A stretch of 20,000 bases of DNA from an uncultured virus (IMG/VR IMGVR_UViG_3300036832_001426) (IMGVR_UViG_3300036832_001426), one strand, 5' to 3'. Shown: positions 7,471 through 15,719, numbered from the stretch's first letter. Notes: a model not told the origin generated them from the letters alone. Program-made: numbers and translations.

Positions 7471-7541
7471 CTCGAAAGCTCCTGCTCCGGTCTTACATCG
7501 ACCTCTCCAGATCTTGCCGTCGGGAACCAAGCTCCTGTCAT
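7467..7541 (-). CDS. Putative 24-aa coupling mini-ORF
   Basis: MTGAWFPTARSGEVDVRPEQELSR; ATGA overlaps at both ends (7538-7541 and 7467-7470). Confidence 0.35.
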   Translation of the reverse strand: MTGAWFPTARSGEVDVRPEQELSR

Positions 7542-7714
7542 TCCTCGGCGATGTGGTAGCTCACCCCCTTGAAGATGTGGTTCTTTCCGTTTTTGTCGTT
7601 GAACTGCAGGCGGTCGCCGTCTTCGTCTGGCTCGGTTGCATTGTTGAAGACTTCAACCTCTGTGCCATTGCGCACGTTGATGGTGTATTTGTTGTCGCCG
7701 TCCATGTGTCCCAC
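7538..7714 (-). CDS. Small hypothetical protein
   Basis: AAGGAG RBS before GTG 7714 (or ATG 7705); KYTINVRNGTEVEVF...HIFKGVSYHI. Confidence 0.65.
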   Translation of the reverse strand: MGHMDGDNKYTINVRNGTEVEVFNNATEPDEDGDRLQFNDKNGKNHIFKGVSYHIAEE

Positions 7715-7727
7715 GTTTGGGCTCCTT

Positions 7728-8855
7728 TCACTTTTCATCAAAATTTAGCGGGATGCCGTTCTGTACGGGCTCAGATGCCGGGCCGGATGTCGCGTCAGCG
7801 GGTGTGGACGTCCCAGAGTCCCCCTCTACCGAGGCGATCTTCTCCGGCCCAGCAGCCTGCGCAGAGTCGGTTTTCCCTTTGTCATCGCTCTGCTTGTCGG
7901 TCGGGGCAGCAGCGGGTGCTGATGCCGCAGCACCCGTTGCTTCAGGAGCCGCTTCCTTCGTAGCGACTTCAGCTGCCCCGGACTTTTCCGTGGGTGCTTC
8001 CACGGGTTTCTCGTATTTCTTTTTGATCTGGTCGAGATTCGATTTCGACTTCTCCGCCAGCTTCGTGTCGGGATGGGCCTCGGGCGTGAAAGCGCGATCC
8101 GGCGAGATCTCGTTTTCCCTGATCGCGTTCAGCAGGCCACGCAGCGCGGTCAGATGTTCGAGCGTGATCTCTTCGAGTCCCTTGACTTCGAGCTTGGCGT
8201 AGATCTGCTCCGGCTTCACGCCCACCAGCTGAAAAGTTTTCAGCATCGCGGTGCGGCGCACGTCGAGAGTCTTGAGATCGCCAGCCACTACGGAACGTGC
8301 TGCCGCGTAGAGCTTCTTCCATAGCGGCTTCGGGATCCCGCGCAGCACCGCATTGCGCAGCGCAATCGAGCACGCAGCATTCGCGGTGACGGTGATCATG
8401 TCGGAGTTGAAGCGGTTGCCGCTGCGATCCGTGATGCGCCGCTTCACTTCGTAGGCGACGGCCACGTTGTTCTCCAGATCGAAGAACGTTCCCATGGCGG
8501 TGACGAATTCCTGATCCTCGCCGATGGGACGCGCACCGCAGCGATTGTTGCCATACGCATGCGCCAGCACTTCGGCGAAGCGCACGCTCGGGCCCTCGAT
8601 AATTTTCCCGGCGCGAGGCAGCGCGTAGATGCACTCTTCCGCCGTCTCCGCGTCCTGCGTGACCAGCTGCATCGCAGTCTGCATGACCTTGGTCATCGGA
8701 CGCGGGTACTGCTTCGCGGTCGCGATCTGCATGTCGATCTCGCCCTTCTGCAGCAGCGCCAGCGTTTTCGAATCGAAGACCTGCGCCGGGGCGAGTACTT
8801 CGGTTTCTTGCTGCTCATCCGGCTCGGTCGAAGGGTGCTCAATTGTCACTGCCAT
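7728..8855 (-). CDS. Conserved phage protein, putative single-strand annealing recombinase
   Basis: GEIDMQIATAKQYPR...YALPRAGKIIEGPSVRFAE...NAACSIALRNAVLRGIP family motif; low-complexity acidic tail ending IPLNFDEK; located near the YqaJ-like exonuclease. Confidence 0.7.
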   Translation of the reverse strand: MAVTIEHPSTEPDEQQETEVLAPAQVFDSKTLALLQKGEIDMQIATAKQYPRPMTKVMQTAMQLVTQDAETAEECIYALPRAGKIIEGPSVRFAEVLAHAYGNNRCGARPIGEDQEFVTAMGTFFDLENNVAVAYEVKRRITDRSGNRFNSDMITVTANAACSIALRNAVLRGIPKPLWKKLYAAARSVVAGDLKTLDVRRTAMLKTFQLVGVKPEQIYAKLEVKGLEEITLEHLTALRGLLNAIRENEISPDRAFTPEAHPDTKLAEKSKSNLDQIKKKYEKPVEAPTEKSGAAEVATKEAAPEATGAAASAPAAAPTDKQSDDKGKTDSAQAAGPEKIASVEGDSGTSTPADATSGPASEPVQNGIPLNFDEK

Positions 8856-8870
8856 TTTGTTCTCCTCGTC

Positions 8871-9176
8871 TCATGCGCTCTGCTTCATCACATCTTCGCG
8901 GTGCAGCTGACGCAGCGCCTTGTGGGTCACACTCACATCACCGACCCGGCCCTTCGGTTCGGTACAGCCCTGATCGCAGGTGCCGAGAATCTTGTCGTGG
9001 ATGCAGAACACTACGGGCGCAAACATCGTCCGCACGTTGTTGAGCGCTTTCGTGATTCCAGCGCCGTGATTGCGTCCATCGCAAATGCACTGGCAGAGGC
9101 CGGATTTCGCGTTGTAACAGCGAGCATCGCAACGCTGCGTCGGGCCCTGTCCGATTTTTTGTGTCATCAAAACCAT
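8871..9176 (-). CDS. Cys-rich phage hypothetical protein
   Basis: RCDARCYNAKSGLCQCICDGRNHG motif. Confidence 0.7.
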   Translation of the reverse strand: MVLMTQKIGQGPTQRCDARCYNAKSGLCQCICDGRNHGAGITKALNNVRTMFAPVVFCIHDKILGTCDQGCTEPKGRVGDVSVTHKALRQLHREDVMKQSA

Positions 9177-9180
9177 GGCG

Positions 9181-9936
9181 TCACCCCTGAATGCGGATTC
9201 CGGTCGCGAGCGAGGCCCACGGCTCGACCGCTGTCTGTTCGTGATAGTCGTTCCACGTCACGATCTGGATGTAGTCGCCTGCGCTCATGTCGCGAGACCA
9301 GAACATCTGTCCGGCCTTCGATGGGACCAGACGCACGGGCTGCGACTGGTTCCAGCAACTCTTGTTGCGATCCGCTCCGGTGCCGTCGTCGAACATGATG
9401 TAGCCGGAGGGCAGCTTCGTCTTGTTCGGCTTCGGCGGAATCAGGTTCCAGTCGTAGTCAACGTCCTTGAGCCAGTACTGGATCCCGGGCACAGCAGCGA
9501 GCACCTTGTCCTTGTTCGCGCCTGTGTTGAAGTCGAGCACAGGCTTGCCCGGCAGGTAGCACTGCATGTTGAGCAGCTCCTGCGTCTCGGGGTTCTTGAG
9601 CGCGTCGATCATCGCCTGCGATTTGTCGGCGGCGTTCTTCGTCGTCCACGGGTCGTAGCAAAGCGCGAAGGGCATGCCGACTGCGTTGCACGCGATGCCC
9701 ATTCTCCAAGAGGCTTCGTGCATGAACGGCGACGCTTTATACCCGTAGGTGAGCGCGATCACGCCTGCGCCGTCGCCGCCGAATGCACGCATGCAGTCAA
9801 GCTGTGCTGCGATTACGTTCGGGTCAGTCGAGATGTAGCCCTCGGTAGTCTGATCTGCGGGCTCGCCGTTCTTGCCTGCCCAGCCGACCCAGTGAAACAA
9901 CACAGGCTTGCCCAGACTTTCGCGTAGAGTTTTCAT
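9181..9936 (-). CDS. GH71/GH99-like glycoside hydrolase (no signal peptide seen)
   Basis: GYISTDPNVIAAQLDCM...FALCYD...GKPVL and the C-terminal catalytic motif IQIVTWNDYHEQTAVEP. Confidence 0.75.
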   Translation of the reverse strand: MKTLRESLGKPVLFHWVGWAGKNGEPADQTTEGYISTDPNVIAAQLDCMRAFGGDGAGVIALTYGYKASPFMHEASWRMGIACNAVGMPFALCYDPWTTKNAADKSQAMIDALKNPETQELLNMQCYLPGKPVLDFNTGANKDKVLAAVPGIQYWLKDVDYDWNLIPPKPNKTKLPSGYIMFDDGTGADRNKSCWNQSQPVRLVPSKAGQMFWSRDMSAGDYIQIVTWNDYHEQTAVEPWASLATGIRIQG

Positions 9937-9947
9937 TGCGCTGCTCC

Positions 9948-10466
9948 TCAGGGAACCAGAATTCCCAATCCGAAACTTCCCGTGTGATAACTGGGCTGCT
10001 TGCCGATGCTCGCGGCGTACTCTTCGAGCGCCTGCCGCACTCCCGCGCCTGCCAGATCAACATCGTGGCAAAGGATCTTGCCGCCCTCGCGCACCAGTGG
10101 CGCGTAGATCTTCAATTCGCTGCGCGTCTCTTCGAGATCGTGGCTGGAGTCGAGGAAGAACACGTCCAGCTCCGACGGGATCGATGCGAGAATTCGCTTG
10201 GCATCGACTACCGAGTGCGCGTGCAGGAATGTCCAGTCGGGGTCGTCGTAGAGGTGCCCGCAGCTCGCGATATCAACCGACCACAGATGCCCGCTGTGGG
10301 TTCCCTCATGCTCATGCTCCTTGAGGCCGAGCAGCAGCGCCGAGGTGGAGATGCCGCCGCGTACTCCAATTTCGAGCACGTAGCCATGGGCTTCGCTGCG
10401 CAGGAAGGGCAAGTGTTCGGAGATGTCTGACCACTTGCACCCTTCCGCGTAATTGTGTTCGAGCAT
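9948..10466 (-). CDS. Class I SAM-dependent methyltransferase (Methyltransf_24-like)
   Basis: VLEIGVRGGIST, WSVDI, FFLDSSH...LVREGGKILCHD; TGATG overlap at 10464-10468. Confidence 0.85.
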   Translation of the reverse strand: MLEHNYAEGCKWSDISEHLPFLRSEAHGYVLEIGVRGGISTSALLLGLKEHEHEGTHSGHLWSVDIASCGHLYDDPDWTFLHAHSVVDAKRILASIPSELDVFFLDSSHDLEETRSELKIYAPLVREGGKILCHDVDLAGAGVRQALEEYAASIGKQPSYHTGSFGLGILVP

Positions 10467-11578
10467 CACGCGCTTCTCCCGCTGCCCACCGCGTAGATGC
10501 GCAGCTGCTTCTCGGTCAGCTTGGTGACGGTGTACTTCTTGGCGATCTCGGGCTGCTCTTCGCGCAGCAGCTTCTGATTGAGGCCCGTCCACTTCCCGGC
10601 GGCGTGGTAGACGTGCCAACGGCCCTCGACGTCGGCAGCTTCGACTTCGCCCATTAGCTCGCGGATGCGATCATTCACCAGCTCCAGCGCTTCTTCCGCT
10701 GCCTGCTGCTCGGCCAGAACTTTTTCGCGGTCGCCGAGCGCTTCATCAAGATCCGCGTTGCGAATCTCGACTAGAGGCTTCACGCGATCCCGCTCGCGCA
10801 GCATGTACGCCACCTCTGCCGGGTCGAGCATTTCGCCGCGACACTTCAGCCTGTAGGGACAAACTTTGCATCGCCTGTCGCCGGGATCCTCAAGCTGCGG
10901 CATCATGTCGCCGTTCTTCATGCGCCGCCAAAAATCTTCGGTGGCCCCGGCGAAGATCTGCATCAGTACCTCGTCGCGCTCGACGTCGAAATACTTCAAG
11001 GGCAATCCACCGAAGACGCCGAGGATGATGAACGCTCCCCATTTATGCCCAGTGCAGAAGAAGCTCCACTGCAGCTGCAGGTTGTGCGAAGCAGGCAGCC
11101 CAGCGCGCAGGATGTGGAGGAACATGCCCTCGCCGTGCGATTTGAGTTCGGCGTCGCCAGTCGGTCGGCTCTGATCGGTGGCGTGCCCGTTCTCGACGAT
11201 GCGATGCGCAAGGATGATGCGGTCGGTGTGCACGCCTGCGCCCGGGTGCTCGGGATTGCGCACCAGCCGCGCCCGTTTGATCAGGGCTCGCCCGGTCTGA
11301 TCCATGTAGTCGCGGGCGGCAATCTCTTCCAGCTTGTGGCCCCGGTCGTAAAGCGCTTGCAGTTCTTTGCTGATAGTTCGCGAGGGCACGTCGGGCGGCG
11401 TCTGCAGCTTGCGATATTGCAGTGCGCGAGCGCAGCCGCGACCGCTGTATCCCGGTTCGTTCAGCAGTTCGTGAGCCTCGGAGCCGCCAATGAACGTGTG
11501 GCGAGTCGCCTCATCCGGGGCTTGCTTGCCCGCGACGAGGGACAACATCTCTGAGGCACCAAGCGTTACGTCAGCCAT
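10466..11578 (-). CDS. YqaJ-like phage exonuclease with Cas4/AddB-type Fe-S cysteines
   Basis: RHTFIGGSE, GHKLEE, HTDRI, AELKS and QLQW (lambda-exo/RecB-type motifs); GCARALQY plus CKVCPYRLKC. Confidence 0.85.
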   Translation of the reverse strand: MADVTLGASEMLSLVAGKQAPDEATRHTFIGGSEAHELLNEPGYSGRGCARALQYRKLQTPPDVPSRTISKELQALYDRGHKLEEIAARDYMDQTGRALIKRARLVRNPEHPGAGVHTDRIILAHRIVENGHATDQSRPTGDAELKSHGEGMFLHILRAGLPASHNLQLQWSFFCTGHKWGAFIILGVFGGLPLKYFDVERDEVLMQIFAGATEDFWRRMKNGDMMPQLEDPGDRRCKVCPYRLKCRGEMLDPAEVAYMLRERDRVKPLVEIRNADLDEALGDREKVLAEQQAAEEALELVNDRIRELMGEVEAADVEGRWHVYHAAGKWTGLNQKLLREEQPEIAKKYTVTKLTEKQLRIYAVGSGRSA

Positions 11579-11683
11579 GGCGGGCCTCGCAAGTTTTCAG
11601 TTATGTGGGTTTGGAAGTATCGGTGTGAAGGGCACCGTCTTTTGCGCTTCCAATCGTCTGCGCGGTCACAAAACGATTTTGAG

Positions 11684-11713
11684 AAACTACGCTCGCGGAA
11701 CCATTTCTGTCAA
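11684..11713 (-). promoter_or_regulatory. Sigma70 promoter for the recombination operon
   Basis: TTGACA (11713-11708), 18-bp spacer, TAGTTT (11689-11684), upstream of the exonuclease. Confidence 0.6.
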
Positions 11714-11768
11714 TAGGGAAAGTTCGCAGGGTGGTACACTCTCGCCCAAACCCGCGCCGTTATTGCTC

Positions 11769-12635
11769 TCAGGCCGACACGCGTGATTCATGGGCGGAGT
11801 GCTGCGAATCAGTTTTGCACAGGGCCGCTTTCAGAATGTCGATCTCTCGAATCTTCGAGAACAGGTGAAAGCCCCGCTCCTGATAGCAGAGCCGCTCTTC
11901 GGTGGCATCGAGCAGGCGCAGGCACTCCTCGACCAGCTTGTCGTAGGGAACATCCGCCACTGCTCCGACCAGCGCCAGCGGGAAATCGTCAGAGGTCTCC
12001 GAGACCACGCACTTCATGTTGGCCAGCAGGTAAGAAGTACGAACCCATTCGAAGATGCGCGGGGAATCGTAGTAGTGCAGGTTCAGCACAATGCGGCTGC
12101 GGGAGATGGCATCATCGCGCATCCTGCCGAAGCGCTGTAAGACCATCATGCGCTCGCCCAGTGCTTCCTGCAGCTGGCCAATGATCTTCGCCCGCCGGGA
12201 ATTCACCGAGCCAAAGAACAGCACGTCGATATCCGGGCGCGGCGCTGGAATGATGCGGGTCAGCTCGCGCACATATCCCACCGGGACACAGATCGCATCG
12301 ATGTCGTGCTGGTGCCAGTACGCGATATTGGCGGGGCTGTAGTCCCAGATGGTGTAGCGCCTGCTCAGCTCGGGTGACATGAGCATGTGCGGATTGCCGC
12401 CGATGGGTTCGAGGTTATAGAGAATCGTACCCTCAGGGAATTCGCTGCTGCTGTCGACGAACTGCGGGCCCAGCACGATGTTCTGGGCTGCCGCTACGAA
12501 CCTGTTGCGCTTGTGGCTGACCTCATGTCCGAGGGCGAGCAAACCATAGGCGAGGGTTTCACAAACTTCGTTGAAGGCGTTCGAGTAGAACCCGTCAGGC
12601 CCGTCAGGTCTCATCACGGTAATGTGGTAACGCAT
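11769..12635 (-). CDS. Glycosyltransferase (GT-B, Glyco_trans_1_2-like)
   Basis: LYNLEP, IWDYSPANI, DIDVLFFGSVNSRRAKII and SRIVLNLHYYDSPRIFEWVRTSYLLAN...VVSE. Confidence 0.85.
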   Translation of the reverse strand: MRYHITVMRPDGPDGFYSNAFNEVCETLAYGLLALGHEVSHKRNRFVAAAQNIVLGPQFVDSSSEFPEGTILYNLEPIGGNPHMLMSPELSRRYTIWDYSPANIAYWHQHDIDAICVPVGYVRELTRIIPAPRPDIDVLFFGSVNSRRAKIIGQLQEALGERMMVLQRFGRMRDDAISRSRIVLNLHYYDSPRIFEWVRTSYLLANMKCVVSETSDDFPLALVGAVADVPYDKLVEECLRLLDATEERLCYQERGFHLFSKIREIDILKAALCKTDSQHSAHESRVSA

Positions 12636-13246
12636 ACTGCCCTCCGCTCCCTGCTGCGCTCGATGATCGCATTCAGGGTCTCACGATAGCGGCGCTTGTC
12701 GATCCAGTCCGGGGCCGACCTCCACGACTGATCATCAAGTGGGCGGTATTCTACCTCACATCCGGCGATCACTCCAATGAGAGCTTCCTCCCCTCGCGTG
12801 AATTTCTCCAGCGCAGGCATGGCAATGAAGGGCGGCAGCTCGATCTTGTGTTGCGGGCGGTTCGCCTGACAGATTGAGGCATCGACCAGAGTGTCCTGCA
12901 CCTGACAGATCAGGTGACCCCCGAAAGCCTTGTAGCCACGCGTAAGAGACTCGTATGCGCTCTCGGGGACGATTCCGACGCTGTGAGACCCTGTAGCCCT
13001 CATCCATGCCTGCATCGGCTCAGGATCCACCGGAACGACCATTCCCTTGGCGCGGCACTCCACCATGCGGGCATTGCGGATCACGACGCTGCAGGGGACA
13101 GGGTGCGGGCTGAAGCCGTAATGCCGGAACACGCGGCAGAGCACCGCGACCGTCGCCACGCAGCAGTTGGGCACGCAGACCTTGAGCATCTCCTCGCGCA
13201 CCACAGGCTGCAGCCGCAAGAGCAGAGCTTCGAGGCGCGGCGTCAT
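12614..13246 (-). CDS. Hypothetical protein with a transglutaminase-like Cys-His-Asp arrangement
   Basis: PNCCVAT followed by a helix, then GGHLICQVQDTLVDAS. Confidence 0.6.
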   Translation of the reverse strand: MTPRLEALLLRLQPVVREEMLKVCVPNCCVATVAVLCRVFRHYGFSPHPVPCSVVIRNARMVECRAKGMVVPVDPEPMQAWMRATGSHSVGIVPESAYESLTRGYKAFGGHLICQVQDTLVDASICQANRPQHKIELPPFIAMPALEKFTRGEEALIGVIAGCEVEYRPLDDQSWRSAPDWIDKRRYRETLNAIIERSRERRAVCVTTLP

Positions 13247-13407
13247 CGCGAGACCTCAGCCGCGATCACCACCACGATGCCGAGGAAGGTAGCAATGAGG
13301 TCGGCCTCTCGGGGCTGGCGGAGAAGCTTGCAGAGCACCGTGACCCAGATCGGCCACCCCAGCAACAGCGCGATGACGGTCGCGATGTAGGTGCCCTCCT
13401 CGTTCAC
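13243..13407 (-). CDS. Small two-TM membrane protein (54 aa)
   Basis: GTG start overlapping the upstream TGA; hydrophobic segments YIATVIALLLGWPIWVTVL and LIATFLGIVVVIAA. Confidence 0.6.
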   Translation of the reverse strand: MNEEGTYIATVIALLLGWPIWVTVLCKLLRQPREADLIATFLGIVVVIAAEVSR

Positions 13408-13568
13408 GGTCTTCGCCTCCACATCTCGAAAGCCATGCCCGCGCCCACGATGACCACATACAGCACCACTGCGGCGAGCAGCAAGAGCAGCGCCGCGCCG
13501 GGATGATGCCAGAGCAGACTCCAGCGAGCCCGTTCGAGCGCCCACGTCTGCCGGAGAAATTCGCTCAT
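13404..13568 (-). CDS. Small single-TM membrane protein (54 aa)
   Basis: Read manually: MSEFLRQTWALERARWSLLWHHPGAALLLLLAAVVLYVVIVGAGMAFEMWRRRP; 4-nt overlaps at both ends. Confidence 0.65.
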   Translation of the reverse strand: MSEFLRQTWALERARWSLLWHHPGAALLLLLAAVVLYVVIVGAGMAFEMWRRRP

Positions 13569-13783
13569 GGCTCGTAGCGCCACTCGATGACCAGATCGTC
13601 AGTGCGCAGTGTGCCCGTCTGCGTGCGCTTGCTGCAGCGGTCGACCAGCGCCGGGTAGCTGCGACCGTCGAGCGGATGGGTGGTGCCATCCGGCTCGACG
13701 ATCTCGCGCACGCCTGTCCTGTGGATGAAGCGAACGAATCCCCCATTGCGGAGGATTCGCAGGCCGTCAGCTTTTCGGATCAC
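13565..13783 (-). CDS. Hypothetical protein
   Basis: 72 aa; 4-nt overlaps on both sides. Confidence 0.65.
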   Translation of the reverse strand: MIRKADGLRILRNGGFVRFIHRTGVREIVEPDGTTHPLDGRSYPALVDRCSKRTQTGTLRTDDLVIEWRYEP

Positions 13784-14178
13784 GCCTTCACCTTCTTTCG
13801 CATGAAGCCCGGCAGCTCGCCGCGCAGCTTGCGTTCTTTCGCCTGTGCCTTGCCCGCATTGGAGCGGGCGCGGGCGGTGAGCGCCGCCGCCTGTCGCTCG
13901 ATGGTGGCAGTCACTGAGGGCGGCAGGATTAGCCGCATCACGCCATCCTTGTCCATGAACTTCAGCACGATGAAATCGCCCATGGTGATCTTGCAGGTGC
14001 CGTCACCCTGCGGCTTGCGATGCTCGCCCCTGATGGTTTGAATCACGAAGGTCTCAGCCTCGCCTGTGATGTTGTTGACGGTTTCAATGGTGGTGGGTTT
14101 GGTCTGCAGGTTGTTGCCGCCCTGCAGCCCTGCGTTCATGCGGTCGAACTTGCTGATGGTTTCGTATTGCTGTTCCAT
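13780..14178 (-). CDS. Phage hypothetical protein
   Basis: 132 aa; strong AAGGAG RBS; basic C-terminus. Confidence 0.75.
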   Translation of the reverse strand: MEQQYETISKFDRMNAGLQGGNNLQTKPTTIETVNNITGEAETFVIQTIRGEHRKPQGDGTCKITMGDFIVLKFMDKDGVMRLILPPSVTATIERQAAALTARARSNAGKAQAKERKLRGELPGFMRKKVKA

Positions 14179-14311
14179 GCTGTTGCTCCTTGAGTGTAAG
14201 TGCTGGTTCGTTTCCCCAGCAACACAATTATCTCATGCGCGTTTTTCGCGATGTGCGTTTCAGGCCCTGTTCATGCGGGTTTGAGCGATGTCGGCGTTGC
14301 AGGCAAAGGAA

Positions 14312-14353
14312 ATAAAAAAGGGCTTGACAGGTCATCGCTCCCGTCAAGCCCTC
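14312..14353 (-). terminator. Intrinsic terminator
   Basis: Minus strand AGGGCTTGAC-gggagcgatgacct-GTCAAGCCCT followed by TTTTTATTT. Confidence 0.75.
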
Positions 14354-14400
14354 TTCCCGTTTTGCAGTCTTCAGTGTGAATGGATTGCGGCCATTATACC

Positions 14401-14691
14401 TCAGGACTTCATAGCCTGAGCCGGGTTGGTGTGGGCGACGGCGTAGTTGTAACCGCAGTTGAGGCCGCAAAATCGGTTGTCCCGGTAAGCGCCATAGGTG
14501 CCTAGAAAAATCTTGTGCTCGCGATCCCACTTGCTCTGCGCATCCGGCTCGTTATCAGTCCCGCGCAGCCATGGGCGAGGCCCGTCCCAGCTGTAGTTCG
14601 GGCGCAGCTCGCGGTTGCAGTGCAGGCAGCGCGGGCGCAGGCCGACAGCTCTCGGTTTGAGCTTTGTGGCCTTCGTGACTTCTATGCTCAT
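14401..14691 (-). CDS. Zn-finger protein (CxxC...FCxxxC)
   Basis: RCLHCNRELRP...NRFCGLNCG; GGAGG RBS; ATGA overlap. Confidence 0.7.
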   Translation of the reverse strand: MSIEVTKATKLKPRAVGLRPRCLHCNRELRPNYSWDGPRPWLRGTDNEPDAQSKWDREHKIFLGTYGAYRDNRFCGLNCGYNYAVAHTNPAQAMKS

Positions 14692-15041
14692 TTGACCTCC
14701 GAGGGAAAGCGCACGATGCTGCGCAGCAGGATCACGCTGAACCCGTGACGCCTGTACCACGACCGCAGCTGGTGCACGTTGAGGCGCGGCTTGTCGCCTA
14801 CAGGCTCGATGTGCCCGGAGATGGTGACCTGATGCTCATCGGCCAGCTTGCACAGCCAGTCAAGCGCCGCGCTGCCGTCGCGATTGCCGCGATTGAAAGT
14901 GCGAATGCAGCTGAGGCGTACCCTGCCGTCGAAGGATTTGATTTCGAACCCGGCCCGGTTCTCCCAGATGCGCTCGAAATCCGCGAGTGGGTTCACCGAG
15001 GTGGCCGCGTTGAAGGCTGCGAAAAAAGTGTCGAGGCTCAC
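14688..15041 (-). CDS. GNAT-like acetyltransferase
   Basis: GTG 15041 after AAGGAG; NRGNRDGSAALDWLCKLAD (motif A-like) and LRSWYRRHGF (motif B-like). Confidence 0.7.
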   Translation of the reverse strand: MSLDTFFAAFNAATSVNPLADFERIWENRAGFEIKSFDGRVRLSCIRTFNRGNRDGSAALDWLCKLADEHQVTISGHIEPVGDKPRLNVHQLRSWYRRHGFSVILLRSIVRFPSEVK

Positions 15042-15060
15042 AGCTGTTGCTCCTTGTGGG

Positions 15061-15339
15061 CTATTGCCCGGTGTGAAATGCGTGAGGGTTGCCGCCCAAG
15101 CAGGGCTTGCGCGGATGCTTCGGATCGGGCGCGAGGCACTTGGGGCAGGTCTCGAAGGGCCGCCCCGGTTGAGATCGCTTCGCGCCCTTCGCCCATGCGC
15201 GGCAGCCGTCCCGCGAACAGCGCTGCGGAGCCTGCGCTGCCAGCCAGACCAGCCCACACTCCTCGCAGATATAGATCTCCTCGCCTTGGGCTTCTAATGC
15301 GTCGCGCAGGTCGTTCCAGTTGGTGATCGGGTGCAGCAT
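15061..15339 (-). CDS. Cys-rich Zn-binding hypothetical protein
   Basis: CEECG...CSRDGC...CPKC...C...H. Confidence 0.65.
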   Translation of the reverse strand: MLHPITNWNDLRDALEAQGEEIYICEECGLVWLAAQAPQRCSRDGCRAWAKGAKRSQPGRPFETCPKCLAPDPKHPRKPCLGGNPHAFHTGQ

Positions 15340-15342
15340 GGG

Positions 15343-15528
15343 TTATTTCCTCTCCTTGGGTGGCTTGATTTCCGCTTTCACTTCGCGCCCGCTGCTCAAC
15401 ATGTCCATGGCGACCAGTGTCGCCTTGATGAATGAGACCTCATCGAGACACACGACAACCTCGTCCTTGGCAAGCACTTTGCGCAGGCTGCGCAGCTCCG
15501 GTTTGGTAATCGGTACTGGAATCGACAT
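15343..15528 (-). CDS. Hypothetical protein
   Basis: MSIPVPITKPELRSLRK...; operon packing. Confidence 0.6.
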   Translation of the reverse strand: MSIPVPITKPELRSLRKVLAKDEVVVCLDEVSFIKATLVAMDMLSSGREVKAEIKPPKERK

Positions 15529-15530
15529 TG

Positions 15531-15719
15531 CTATTTGTCCCCCTTTGGCGGGAAGTAGGTGATGCCAGTCCGAGGATCCGTCCAAGCCCGCTTGTACTTG
15601 AACGCGTCCTGTAGTTGCGCTTCGAGAATGCGCTCCCCGCGCTCGATCTCCTGAACGATCTCAGCCAGCCGTTCGAAGAGATCGGCGCGGATTGCGTAGT
15701 AGGTGCAGTCGCGAATCAT
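15531..15719 (-). CDS. Hypothetical protein
   Basis: MIRDCTYYAIRADLFERL...; GGAG RBS; ATGA overlap. Confidence 0.6.
   Translation of the reverse strand: MIRDCTYYAIRADLFERLAEIVQEIERGERILEAQLQDAFKYKRAWTDPRTGITYFPPKGDK

Noticed and set aside
10466..11578. Cas4 of a CRISPR system
   Set aside because: No cas1 or array; the YqaJ motifs and phage recombination context explain it.
14340..14390. Hammerhead ribozyme (CTGAAGA on the minus strand)
   Set aside because: No stem II followed by GAAA and no closing stems could be built.
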